A stretch of 36,051 nucleotides of DNA from Candidatus Bipolaricaulia bacterium (GTDB taxonomy: Bacteria; Bipolaricaulota; Bipolaricaulia; JBHIAT01): assembly GCA_046758705.1 (NCBI GenBank), contig JBHIAT010000013.1, positions 1-36,051 of the forward strand, written 5' to 3'. The translations under genes were made by a program, and so were the position numbers. Positions 17,157-26,651 of this stretch are shown one piece after another (position 1 is the first letter of the stretch; each line of letters begins with the position of its first letter). The notes under the pieces were generated by a model. It made no database searches. It was not told the DNA's origin and saw only the letters and a list, made by a program, of their open reading frames with translations.

Positions 17157-18275
17157 ATGCGGATGCGGAAACAGCTGCTCATCCTGACTAAGGTTTGGTC
17201 CTGGGTATTCCTGGGTGCAATGCTCATCTTTTTTTCTATAACCGGGACCGGCTTTTTCTCACTGCGCAATTCACAGAACATCCTGGTTGCGATCACGCCC
17301 GTTCTGCTAATGGGGCTGGGTCAGACGTTTGTCATTATTGCAGGCGGTATTGACCTGTCAGTGGGTTGGGTGATGGGCTTGGCGTCGGTGACATCCGCGT
17401 TGGTGATTCGAGGCCTGGCCGATGGGGGTACCTCGGTGGTCGTTGCCATTCTGGTTGGGTTTCTGGCTGGAATTGCGTTTGCTGCTTTCTTCGGCCTCGT
17501 TAATGGGGTGATTATCGCCAAGCTACGCGCTCCGCCGTTCATCGTGACGCTGGGTCTGTCGTTTGTCGCCCGTGGAACCGCCCTGTTGCTCTCGGGGGGC
17601 AACGTCGTTGGCAGGCTGCCGAAGAAGGTACGGGACTTCGGTAACGAGTCGCTCCTCTATTACCTACGGGGTGAAGGTCTGTTTTTTAACAAGCCCGACG
17701 TCACCGGCGTACAACTGCGCGGGCTCGACCGTATCTTACCGTGGCCGGTGATGGTGACCATTGTCCTGGTAGCGATCGCCATTTTTGTTTTGAGGAAAAC
17801 GCAATTTGGGCGGCACACCTATGCCATTGGTGGAAGCCGTGAGGCAGCGCTCCGCGCCGGTATCCCGATAGATCGCCACACGATCTTGCTCTATATCATG
17901 TCTGGCCTTACCGTAGGTGTTGCCGGAGTTTTGCATACCGCGCGATTCTCCGGCGGTTCCTCTATTGCAGGTGACCCGCTCCTTTTGCCGTCTATTGCGG
18001 CGGTGATCATCGGCGGCGTCAGCTTGTTTGGTGGTAAAGGTACGGTCGCGGGAACGGTTGTCGGCGCGCTCATCATCGCCGTGCTTCAAACCGGCCTGAT
18101 CATGCTGAATGTTCGGCCGTTCTGGCAGTTTGTGGTGGTCGGCATCGTTGTCATCATGGCGGTGTTGACGGATCAAGCTCGCGATCTGATCTTAGGTCAA
18201 GTGAGCATGTCCAACGGACGTACTGAATCCCTTTTCAAAAGAGCGATTGCTCGATCCACATTATGGAAACGTTGA
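17157..18275 (+). CDS. Sugar ABC transporter permease (RbsC-like)
   Basis: GQTFVIIAGGIDLSVG, PPFIVTLG, TQFGRHTYAIGG, IAAVIIGGVSLFGGKG. Confidence 0.94.
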   Translation: MRMRKQLLILTKVWSWVFLGAMLIFFSITGTGFFSLRNSQNILVAITPVLLMGLGQTFVIIAGGIDLSVGWVMGLASVTSALVIRGLADGGTSVVVAILVGFLAGIAFAAFFGLVNGVIIAKLRAPPFIVTLGLSFVARGTALLLSGGNVVGRLPKKVRDFGNESLLYYLRGEGLFFNKPDVTGVQLRGLDRILPWPVMVTIVLVAIAIFVLRKTQFGRHTYAIGGSREAALRAGIPIDRHTILLYIMSGLTVGVAGVLHTARFSGGSSIAGDPLLLPSIAAVIIGGVSLFGGKGTVAGTVVGALIIAVLQTGLIMLNVRPFWQFVVVGIVVIMAVLTDQARDLILGQVSMSNGRTESLFKRAIARSTLWKR

Positions 18276-18303
18276 GCTTTGATCAGTGAGCGGAGGGATC
18301 TTT

Positions 18304-19086
18304 ATGGAATCAGTCGTGCCAGTGGTGGCTGTAAAAGACATTGTCAAGCGTTTTGGCGGGTTGACCGCTGTGAATCGGGTCAGCCTGGAAATCTATCCAG
18401 GTGAAGTCGTTGGTCTGGTGGGTGACAATGGCGCGGGCAAGTCAACCCTCATCAAGATGATCGCCGGTGTGCACCAGCCTAATGAAGGGGAGATCTACTT
18501 TCAAGGCAACCGGGTGCAAATCTCCAAACCCTCAGATGCACGAGATATGGGTATCGAAACCATTTATCAGGATTTAGCGCTGGCAGGGAACCTGGATCTA
18601 AGCGCGAATATCTTCCTTGGCCGGGAAGCGAAAAAGCGTTATATTGGCGGTCTGATTAAAGTTCTCGATGAAAATCGCATGTTCGAAGAGTCTAAGCATG
18701 CGTTAAGCGCACTAGATATCGATATCCCGTCCTTCACCGCGGAAATTGACAAGCTATCCGGTGGACAGAGACAGGCAGTGGCCATCGCTCGTGCCCACCA
18801 CTGGAATGCCAAGTTGATGATCATGGACGAACCCACCAACAATTTGGGCGTTATTGAACAAAACAAGGTGCTGAATATCGTCCGTACATTACGCGACGAG
18901 GGAGTTCCAGTTATCTTTATCAGCCATACCCTGCCTGAGATATTTGCCGTCACGAATCGCATCGTGGTGTTACACAGAGGACGCAAAGTCACAGATAAAC
19001 GGACCGATGAGACCGATAGTCAGGAAATCGTCCAATATATGACGGGTGCACTCGACGATACACGGACCAACCGGGAAGATTCCTAG
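18304..19086 (+). CDS. Sugar ABC transporter ATP-binding protein (single domain)
   Basis: GDNGAGKST, IYQDLAL, LSGGQRQ, IMDEPT, ISH. Confidence 0.95.
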   Translation: MESVVPVVAVKDIVKRFGGLTAVNRVSLEIYPGEVVGLVGDNGAGKSTLIKMIAGVHQPNEGEIYFQGNRVQISKPSDARDMGIETIYQDLALAGNLDLSANIFLGREAKKRYIGGLIKVLDENRMFEESKHALSALDIDIPSFTAEIDKLSGGQRQAVAIARAHHWNAKLMIMDEPTNNLGVIEQNKVLNIVRTLRDEGVPVIFISHTLPEIFAVTNRIVVLHRGRKVTDKRTDETDSQEIVQYMTGALDDTRTNREDS

Positions 19087-19091
19087 AAATA

Positions 19092-20012
19092 ATGGTCAGA
19101 GCACTCGCAATGGGCGATATGCTCGTCGAAATCATGAGGGAGGAGGTGGGGCAAGATCTGAAAAGTCCAGGGATCTTTATGGGCCCTTACCCCAGCGGTG
19201 CACCCGTGATCTTCGCTGGAGCTCTGTCAAAACTCGGTGTGAACACCTCTTTCATCGGCAGCGTGGGAAACGATGCGTTTGGGAAGGTCATTCTAACCAA
19301 GCTCAAAGAAGATGGTGTAAAGACGGTAAAGACAAAAGTTTGGGCTGAAGAAACGACAGGCGTTGCCTTTGTTGCTTATTTTGAAGATGGGAGTCGAAAG
19401 TTTATCTATCACGTGAGCCAAGCCGCCGCTGGGAAAATCGGCGAGGAACAGATAGAAGCGCGTTATTTACAGAGGTTCAATCACCTTCATGTGATGGGAA
19501 CCGCCCTATCCATCAATGAGGATTGGCAGAGAGCTGTATATAAAGCGGCTCAGGTGATCAAAAACGCCGGAGGTAAGATCAGCTTCGATCCTAACCTACG
19601 GCCTGAGATGTTGGAGATTGAAAGTGTCAAAGAAATATGTTTTTCAATCCTGGATTTAACCGATATCTTCCTTCCGGGTGAGCAAGAGATCAGCGTATTT
19701 GGCGATGAAGATGAACTGTTGGAGAAGGGAATTGAAGTGATCGCTATTAAGAGAGGATCGCGGGGCTCTACGATCGTCACAGAAAAGGAAACCATCGATA
19801 TCCCTCCGTTCGAGATTCAAGAAGTGGACCCCACCGGTGCGGGAGACTGCTACGATGCTGGATTTATCAAGGGCTATTACGAAGGATGGGATTGGAAAGA
19901 GATGGGCAGATTCGCCAATGCTGTAGGCGCGCTTGCCGTGACCCAAAGAGGCCCCATGGAAGGCGCTCCGACCTTCCAAGAAACGATCGAATTTATAGGA
20001 GAGAGGTTGTGA
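19092..20012 (+). CDS. PfkB-family sugar kinase, tagatose-kinase-like
   Basis: GDMLVEIM...GPYPSGAP N-terminus, SFDPNLR, VDPTGAGDCYDAGF. Confidence 0.88.
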   Translation: MVRALAMGDMLVEIMREEVGQDLKSPGIFMGPYPSGAPVIFAGALSKLGVNTSFIGSVGNDAFGKVILTKLKEDGVKTVKTKVWAEETTGVAFVAYFEDGSRKFIYHVSQAAAGKIGEEQIEARYLQRFNHLHVMGTALSINEDWQRAVYKAAQVIKNAGGKISFDPNLRPEMLEIESVKEICFSILDLTDIFLPGEQEISVFGDEDELLEKGIEVIAIKRGSRGSTIVTEKETIDIPPFEIQEVDPTGAGDCYDAGFIKGYYEGWDWKEMGRFANAVGALAVTQRGPMEGAPTFQETIEFIGERL

Positions 20013-20016
20013 AGGG

Positions 20017-21177
20017 ATGAACCGTGTGGTCCTGTTCATAGGCGTCATCCTGCTGGTGATGATGCTCCTCCCGTGGAGCGGGTATGCGACCCACAACGAG
20101 ATCGCCACCGAGGCGGAGATCGCCACCACCCAGCGTGGGACCAAGTACCTCACGAATCTGAAGCTCGATCAGTTGCTCCTGGGGTTGCTCCCTTTGGATG
20201 CCATCCCGCCGATCGACGCTCCTGAATTCACACCGGCCATTGAGGCAGATACGTGGCTGACTTCGGACGACTTCGTTATGGGGGTCCGCTACAGAGGGAT
20301 CACGAAGGCCTACCCGATTCGGATTCTCAACCGACACGAGATCGTCAACGACGATTTCTTCGGGGAGGCGATCGTGGTCACCTACTGTCCGCTGTGCAAC
20401 TCTGGACTGGCCTTCTTGGCACCGGAGATCGACGGCCAGATCGTGCGGTTCGGGAACTCGGGAGGCCTGTACCAATCGGACTTGTTGATGTATGATCGGG
20501 TAACGCGCTCGCTGTGGTCTCAGATCACCGGCGAGGCGATCGTCGGCCGGGCCGTGGGCGAGGTCGGGGAGCTACACCGAATCCCGGTCGACATCGTCCC
20601 GTGGGGGTTGTGGCGGGATGAACATCCAGACACCTTGGTGCTCACCCGCCCTAAGACGGTGTTCACACCTCAGGGCCTGGTGCAGATTCCGCCTGAGATC
20701 TACGATGACAACTCGTCTGAGGAGGCTTACCGGTCGCAGGATATCCCGGTCGGGACTCGTCTGCCCTCCGGGGTCCTGTTCAACGACGGCCGGCTCCGGG
20801 CGATGGACGATGTGATCGGAGTCATCGTCGACGGCAGCGCGAAGGCCTACGCTAAAGCGGCATTCGATGAACAGCTGTTGTTGAACGACTGGATCAGTGA
20901 GACCTCGATTCTGGCCGTCAAGACCCCGGCCGGCGAACTGAAGTTCTTCGACCGTCAGCTCAACCAGCACGGCCGTACCCTGGAGTTCGAACTCGTCAAC
21001 GGCCGACTCATCGATATACAGACGCAATCCGTCTGGAGCTTCCACGGAGAGGCGCTGTCTGGAGAGCTTGTGGGAGCCCAATTAGAGGAGATCGTCGGGA
21101 TCCCGTCGTTCTGGTTCGCCTGGACTGCATTCCATCCTGAGACCGAACTGTTCAAAGGCACAGAACCAGAGTCATAG
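20017..21177 (+). CDS. Exported DUF3179-domain protein
   Basis: N-terminal signal; DAIPPID, KAYP--IL--HEIVND, TYCPLCNSG, SGGLYQSDLLMYDR-T-SLWSQ, FWFAW-AFHPET. Confidence 0.88.
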   Translation: MNRVVLFIGVILLVMMLLPWSGYATHNEIATEAEIATTQRGTKYLTNLKLDQLLLGLLPLDAIPPIDAPEFTPAIEADTWLTSDDFVMGVRYRGITKAYPIRILNRHEIVNDDFFGEAIVVTYCPLCNSGLAFLAPEIDGQIVRFGNSGGLYQSDLLMYDRVTRSLWSQITGEAIVGRAVGEVGELHRIPVDIVPWGLWRDEHPDTLVLTRPKTVFTPQGLVQIPPEIYDDNSSEEAYRSQDIPVGTRLPSGVLFNDGRLRAMDDVIGVIVDGSAKAYAKAAFDEQLLLNDWISETSILAVKTPAGELKFFDRQLNQHGRTLEFELVNGRLIDIQTQSVWSFHGEALSGELVGAQLEEIVGIPSFWFAWTAFHPETELFKGTEPES

Positions 21178-21231
21178 AAGAACAGGGCCGCTGAAAGTTG
21201 CTTATCTAACACGACTGTAAGGAAGTTCATC

Positions 21232-22227
21232 ATGGGCAAGCAATTGACCGTCGGGAAATATCTAGGATTGAAGCAGATCGCCAATGAGCACGGACTGATC
21301 ACCATCACCGCCATGGATCACCGCGGCTCGTTGAAACGGGCCCTCAACCCGGACGACCCCAAGTCGGTTCCCTACGAACAGATCGTGGCGATGAAGCGGA
21401 AACTGGCCTCCCATCTGGGCCCTCATTCCAGCGCGCTCCTGATGGACCCCGTCTACGCCGCCGCCCAGTTGATCGCCGAGAAGATCGTCCCACGCAACTG
21501 TGGCATCCTGGTCGCCCTCGAGACGACTGGCTATACCGGATCCGCCACCGCCCGCCTCACCACCATCCTGGACGGGTGGAGCGTGGAGAAGATCAAGCGT
21601 ATGGGAGCCAACGCGGTCAAGTTGCTCCTCTACTACCACCCGGATGCGGGAGATGTGGCTCCCAAGCAGGAGGATCTGGTGCAGTTCGTGGCCGAGGAGT
21701 GCAACAAGTACGACATTGCCTTCTTGCTGGAACCCCTTTCCTACTCGCTCGACCCGGACATCGATGCCAAGGGACCCGAGTTTGCCAGGATGAAACCAGA
21801 CCTGGTCATCCGCACGGCTGATCGGCTTACCGGCTTGGGCATCGACATCCTCAAGGCGGAGTACCCCACCAACCCTACGTACACCATCGACGAGAAGGAG
21901 CAGTACGAGCGGTGTAAGGAATTGGACCAAGCGTCCAAGGTGCCCTGGACGCTGCTGAGCGCCGGTGTGGACTACGATACCTTCTTCCATCAGGTGCGCA
22001 TCGCCAGCCAGGCCGGGGCCAGTGGTTTTCTGGCCGGGCGTGCCATCTGGCAAGAGGTCTCCAAGCTGGCACCGGACGAGCAGGAGCCGTTTCTGGCGAC
22101 CACCTCGGTCATGCGGCTGAAGAACATCACCAACGCGGCCAACGCTTACGGCCGGCCCTGGTTCAAGCATTCCTCCTTCGACACGCCCATCTGTCCGGTT
22201 GAGGCAGGGTGGTACCAGGCGTATTGA
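21232..22227 (+). CDS. lacD: Tagatose-1,6-bisphosphate aldolase, LacD/YihT family
   Basis: AMDHRGSL, SALLMDP, ETTGY, AVKLLLYYHPD, FLLEP, DILKAEYP, LSAGV, GFLAGRAIW. Confidence 0.85.
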   Translation: MGKQLTVGKYLGLKQIANEHGLITITAMDHRGSLKRALNPDDPKSVPYEQIVAMKRKLASHLGPHSSALLMDPVYAAAQLIAEKIVPRNCGILVALETTGYTGSATARLTTILDGWSVEKIKRMGANAVKLLLYYHPDAGDVAPKQEDLVQFVAEECNKYDIAFLLEPLSYSLDPDIDAKGPEFARMKPDLVIRTADRLTGLGIDILKAEYPTNPTYTIDEKEQYERCKELDQASKVPWTLLSAGVDYDTFFHQVRIASQAGASGFLAGRAIWQEVSKLAPDEQEPFLATTSVMRLKNITNAANAYGRPWFKHSSFDTPICPVEAGWYQAY

Positions 22228-22251
22228 GACGCGATTTTAAAAGGAGGCTGT

Positions 22252-23178
22252 TTGGAGCCGATCATCGAGGTACACGATCTGACAAAACACTACGGAGATT
22301 TCGTCGCCGTCGACGGGATCGACTTCGCCATCCATTCTCAGGAGGTCTTCGGCTTCCTCGGACCGAATGGTGCTGGGAAGACGACGACGATGCGAATGAT
22401 CTATGGGTTTTCTCCGGTGACCTCCGGGCGTCTCGAGGTGCTCGGCATGGATGTCAACCACCGGATCCGGGAGATCAAAGCCCAAATCGGCGTCGTGCCT
22501 CAGGAGGACAACCTCGATCCCGACCTCAGAGTTTTGCAAAACCTGCTCGTTTATGCCCGCTACTTTGAGATTCCCCGAAAGATCGCCCAACAGCGAGCCC
22601 TGGAGCTGCTGGAACTGTTTCAACTTTCGGAACGATGTGACAGTCGTATTCAGGAGCTTTCCGGCGGGATGAAGCGCCGGTTGACCATCGCCCGGGCGCT
22701 CATCAACGAGCCCCAGATCCTGATCCTCGACGAGCCGACCACCGGTCTGGATCCACAGGCACGGCACCTCGTCTGGACGAAGCTGCGCTACCTCAAAGGC
22801 CAGGGGGTGACGATGATCATCACCACCCATTACATGGAGGAGGCGGCCCAGCTCTGCGATCGACTGGTGATCATGGATCAAGGGAAGATCCTGGCCGAGG
22901 GCGCTCCCCAACAGCTGGTGGCCAAGCACGTCGGGCGGGAGGTTGTGGAGTTGCGTCTGAGCGAGGAGGCGAAACGGCGGGTGTTCGACCGGGTGGCCGA
23001 CCTCGACGTGGACGTGACGGTCGAGGATGTCGGTGACACCTTATATATCTTCTCCCGGGATGGAGAGTTGATGCATCAACTGGATGTCGACGACCTGGAA
23101 GTAGAGGGCCTGATCCATCGTCACGCAACGCTTGAAGATGTCTTCTTGCGGTTGACCGGACGAGCGCTGAAAGAGTGA
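22252..23178 (+). CDS. ABC exporter ATP-binding protein (NodI/DrrA-like)
   Basis: GPNGAGKTT, GVVPQEDNLDPDL, LSGGMKRR, LDEPTTGLDPQARHLVW, TTHYMEEA; TTG start after AGGAGG. Confidence 0.93.
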   Translation: MEPIIEVHDLTKHYGDFVAVDGIDFAIHSQEVFGFLGPNGAGKTTTMRMIYGFSPVTSGRLEVLGMDVNHRIREIKAQIGVVPQEDNLDPDLRVLQNLLVYARYFEIPRKIAQQRALELLELFQLSERCDSRIQELSGGMKRRLTIARALINEPQILILDEPTTGLDPQARHLVWTKLRYLKGQGVTMIITTHYMEEAAQLCDRLVIMDQGKILAEGAPQQLVAKHVGREVVELRLSEEAKRRVFDRVADLDVDVTVEDVGDTLYIFSRDGELMHQLDVDDLEVEGLIHRHATLEDVFLRLTGRALKE

Positions 23179-24017
23179 GGGGACGGGTTCGAGCCATGGC
23201 CCAACAGATTCGAATGCGGAGCAGGAAGACCAAGAGCGCGTTTCGACTGCCGATTCAGGCGGTCAGCTACCGAACGTTCTTTGTTTGGCGGCGCGACTTT
23301 GACACATTCCTCAGGCTGTGGAAGACGATGTCCTGGCCGATGTTCGTCGAGCCGGTTCTGTTCATCGTCGCGATGGGGTTCGGATTGGGAAGATTCGTCA
23401 CCGACATCGACGGGCTGTCGTTCCTGCAGTTCATCGCGCCGGGGTTCATCGCCACCTCGATCATGTTTACCACCTCTTATGAGTGCACATTCGGATCTTT
23501 CGTGCGCATGGAGTTCCAGCGAACGTTCGATGCGATCATCGCTACCCCGGTGAACATCGAGGAGGTGATCGCCGGGGATATGCTGTGGGGGGCGACCCGC
23601 GGCCTGTTCGCCGCCGTCGGCGTGACGACCGTCATCTCCGCGTTCGGACTGGTTCAGTCCCCCTGGGCGATCCTCATCCCGATTGTGGCCGTGCTGCAGG
23701 GGCTGATGTTCGCGTCGATCGCCATGGTCACCACCGCGCTCGTGCCCGCGATCGATGCGTTCACCTACTACTTCACGTTGGGGATCACGCCGATGTTCCT
23801 GTTCTCCGGAGTTTTCTTCCCCATCGATCGCCTTCCCGAGACGGTGCAGTGGCTGGCATGGATCTTCCCACTCACCCACGCCGTCAACCTCCATCGCGGT
23901 CTGGCGCTCGGGAACGTCTCCTGGGGGTTGCTCGGGGATTTCATCTGGATCGTTGTCGCCATCCTGATTGCGTTCAACGTCGCCTTGGCGCTGATGCGCC
24001 GCCGGTTGATCAAGTAG
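23175..24017 (+). CDS. ABC-2 type permease (NodJ-like)
   Basis: EP-LF--AMGFGLG, FIAPG, ECTFGSF-RM--QRTFDAI, TPMFLFSGVFFP, PLTHAV. Alternative start at 23196. Confidence 0.92.
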   Translation: MRGRVRAMAQQIRMRSRKTKSAFRLPIQAVSYRTFFVWRRDFDTFLRLWKTMSWPMFVEPVLFIVAMGFGLGRFVTDIDGLSFLQFIAPGFIATSIMFTTSYECTFGSFVRMEFQRTFDAIIATPVNIEEVIAGDMLWGATRGLFAAVGVTTVISAFGLVQSPWAILIPIVAVLQGLMFASIAMVTTALVPAIDAFTYYFTLGITPMFLFSGVFFPIDRLPETVQWLAWIFPLTHAVNLHRGLALGNVSWGLLGDFIWIVVAILIAFNVALALMRRRLIK

Positions 24018-24069
24018 CGCCGAGGATCGAACTCCAACAGGTCAGCGTTGGCAACAAGGAGGTCAAAGG

Positions 24070-24312
24070 ATGAAGATCATCGAAAAGCGGTGGCCGGACG
24101 ACATCCGATTGCAGGTGAACGTCGATGAGCTCATGCTGATCGGTGCCGCGTTGGTGTGGCGGGGCGGACTGCTTCGCGGGGAGCGGTTTGCACCGACCGA
24201 GGAGCAGCGGGCCGAGGAACCGGCGAACAGCACCTTGGAGGAAGAGATCGCTGCGTACCTGAAGACGAAGGGACAGATGCTCAAACCGTCGAAGTTTCTG
24301 GAGATAAATTAG
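24070..24312 (+). CDS. Hypothetical protein, 80 aa
   Basis: AAGGAGGT RBS; fills the gap co-directionally; no recognisable motif. Confidence 0.6.
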   Translation: MKIIEKRWPDDIRLQVNVDELMLIGAALVWRGGLLRGERFAPTEEQRAEEPANSTLEEEIAAYLKTKGQMLKPSKFLEIN

Positions 24313-24359
24313 GAGACGTTGTAGCAAAATCTCTATATTGTCGAAGCAAAGGAGGCTCC

Positions 24360-24623
24360 ATGAACCGTAACCCGATAACCTGGCTTTCCACCCCGATCAT
24401 CGTAGCATTGCTGATCTCGATCCCGTTCCGATCAGGGTTCCCTTTGAGGGTCGTGGATCACCCCGGGGAGACGGAGCCAAACGTCACTGAGGTCACCCAG
24501 GTCGAACAGGTCGACCTCGATCCGAGCATTTTCGAACTTCCAGAGGGATATGCGCAGGTCATGCTCATCGCGTGGATGGGGATGGAAGAGGAGTTGGAGG
24601 AACTGGAACAGGAAGAGGAATGA
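24360..24623 (+). CDS. Hypothetical membrane-anchored protein with acidic tail, 87 aa
   Basis: AAGGAGG RBS before the ATG at 24360; N-terminal hydrophobic helix; ATGA overlap with the next gene. Confidence 0.6.
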   Translation: MNRNPITWLSTPIIVALLISIPFRSGFPLRVVDHPGETEPNVTEVTQVEQVDLDPSIFELPEGYAQVMLIAWMGMEEELEELEQEEE

Positions 24624-25627
24624 GGAGTAGGAAAAGCTGGAATACCATGGTTCAAGATCCTCATGAGCTCATTCGGTCGATGAGGTACCGAGAGGTGTTG
24701 CTGACCGGGAGCGCACTCAAACTGGGAATCTTCGAGGCTTTTCAGGAAGATGAGCTCTCGGCGAACGATGTAGCCAGGCGATTGGACCTCGATCTTCGCG
24801 CCACCGAGATCGTCCTGAAGGCACTCCAGGCGCTTGATTACCTCGCGATGGGGGAGAAGGGCTATCGACTCACCGAGAAAGCGAAGATCCTGACGATCGG
24901 TTACGCACTCCCGGGCTGGATGACCCTGCCGGAGACACTCAAGACGGGACAGCCGTCGCCCTTTAGACCGGCAATGGGGTCCGATCGCTACCGAGAGTAC
25001 TTTATTCGTTCTCAGCGAAAGCGAGGCAAGAAAGAGGCTCCCGACATCGTGCGAATGATCCTGGGGCAGGCACCCGAAGCCAAGACGGTTCTGGATGTGG
25101 GCGGCGGCCCGGGAGCTCACGCCGAGGAGTTTGCGGCGCATGGTCGGCAGGTGACTGTGTTGGACTTGCCCGATGTGATCGAGTTGATGCGTGAGAAACT
25201 GGAAGAGTGGGGAATTGTGATGGTGACCGGTGACTTCAACCAAGGGCTTCCTCCAGGCCCCTTTGATCTGGCTTTCCTTAGCAATATATGCCATGTGTAC
25301 GGACCAAAGCAGAACCGGACTCTTTTCAAGCGAGCCTTCGAGGTGCTGAGTCCAGGCGGATGGATCGTCATCCAAGACATGATTCGAGGCCGGGACGAGC
25401 CCCATGCATCGGTCTTCGCCGTCCACATGCTGCTGATGACCGAGACCGGCAACACCTATACGGAGGCCGAATACCGAGGATGGTTGGCAGAGACAGGCTT
25501 TCAAAATGTAGAGGTCATGGACGTTCCAGACCCCGGTGGACAGTTGATTATGGGAAAGAAAAACGGAAACGTTGGGTCCCGTGGTCGAGCTGGGGATAAG
25601 GTCAGCCGCCTGATCTACAGGGGTTAA
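24620..25627 (+). CDS. SAM-dependent O-methyltransferase (Methyltransf_2 with dimerisation HTH)
   Basis: KLGIFEAF...LSANDVARRL, VLDVGGGPG, VLDLPDV, GDF, LSNICH, LSPGG. Confidence 0.9.
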   Translation: MRSRKSWNTMVQDPHELIRSMRYREVLLTGSALKLGIFEAFQEDELSANDVARRLDLDLRATEIVLKALQALDYLAMGEKGYRLTEKAKILTIGYALPGWMTLPETLKTGQPSPFRPAMGSDRYREYFIRSQRKRGKKEAPDIVRMILGQAPEAKTVLDVGGGPGAHAEEFAAHGRQVTVLDLPDVIELMREKLEEWGIVMVTGDFNQGLPPGPFDLAFLSNICHVYGPKQNRTLFKRAFEVLSPGGWIVIQDMIRGRDEPHASVFAVHMLLMTETGNTYTEAEYRGWLAETGFQNVEVMDVPDPGGQLIMGKKNGNVGSRGRAGDKVSRLIYRG

Positions 25628-25792
25628 AACCCCGTAGTTTGCAGCGGCTTGACTTATATCAACAGCTACGACTTTGAGCATCAGACGATCCGCATCATCA
25701 CCTGGACCGATGAACTGGATGCTGAGCAAGATTTTCAAGAAATGAAACCAAAAATGATATAATGGATAAAACGGAAAAAAGGAGGGCTATCA

Positions 25793-26077
25793 ATGCCAAC
25801 TTACATCATGCTGAGTTCGCTTACCGATGAGGGGGCGCAAACGATCAAGAAGCGCCCGGAACGGATCAAGGAGGTCAATCAGGAGGTCGAGGCGCTTGGG
25901 GCAAAGATTCAGGCCCAGTACGCCGTGCTCGGGCCGTACGACTTCGTCACCATTCTTGAGGCACCCGACAACGAGACGATCGCCCGCATCTCGGTCGAAT
26001 TGGGGTCACGCGGGAGTGTCAAGATCCAAACGTTGGCGACCATCCCGATCGACGACTTTATCGCCAGGATTCAGTGA
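25793..26077 (+). CDS. GYD-domain protein
   Basis: MPTYIML...TDEG...LGPYDFVTILEAPD; AGGAGG RBS; TGnTATAAT upstream. Confidence 0.88.
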   Translation: MPTYIMLSSLTDEGAQTIKKRPERIKEVNQEVEALGAKIQAQYAVLGPYDFVTILEAPDNETIARISVELGSRGSVKIQTLATIPIDDFIARIQ

Positions 26078-26099
26078 GTCTTTTACAGACTGATGCGCG

Positions 26100-26651
26100 A
26101 TGCGTTATCCCGATCATGCTCGCGTAGTCAGCTACCTGCGGCGCTGGTCACAGGGGGCGTTTGAGGGTCTGTTAAACAGCTTAGACGACCTGTCCGACCC
26201 ACAGGCGTGGTGGCGACTGAAGCCAGAGCTGTCCGAAGGGGAGGAGTATCTGCACTCGAGTGGCTCCATCTTGGGCCTTGTGCTTCACGTTGCTTCTTGC
26301 AAGGTGATGTATGCCGAATATGCTTTCCATGACAGCGCGCTCCGCTGGCGGGATATGGCCGATCGGGCCCGGAAAGCTGAGCCTCACCTGAAACAGGCGA
26401 TCGACTGGCTGAATGAGGCTCAAGACCTGTGGATGGGATCGTGGGCAGATCTTTCCGATGCAGACCTTGAGACACCTCGGAGGACAAACTGGGGAGAGAT
26501 GTGGCCGACCGAACGGATCATCACGGCTATGATCCACCACGATATCCACCACACCGGACAGATCTATTACATCCGTGCGCTCCTGCCAGAGGATCTGACC
26601 GATGTATTGCCGGTCAGTGAGGCCGATCTGTGGGACCGTTACCTCAGTTAA
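26100..26651 (+). CDS. DinB-family protein
   Basis: SILGLVLHVA and HDIHHTGQIYYIR His motifs. Confidence 0.85.
   Translation: MRYPDHARVVSYLRRWSQGAFEGLLNSLDDLSDPQAWWRLKPELSEGEEYLHSSGSILGLVLHVASCKVMYAEYAFHDSALRWRDMADRARKAEPHLKQAIDWLNEAQDLWMGSWADLSDADLETPRRTNWGEMWPTERIITAMIHHDIHHTGQIYYIRALLPEDLTDVLPVSEADLWDRYLS

Noticed and set aside
19092-22227. Sulfoglycolysis (sulfo-EMP) assignment from PfkB plus LacD/YihT
   Set aside because: No sulfoquinovosidase, SQ isomerase or sulfolactaldehyde reductase/dehydrogenase is in the window.
24458-25738. Long minus-strand ORF (426 aa) and similar antisense ORFs such as 21262-22170 and 28730-29692
   Set aside because: They lie opposite well-supported genes, have no motifs or RBS, and are expected shadows in GC-rich DNA.
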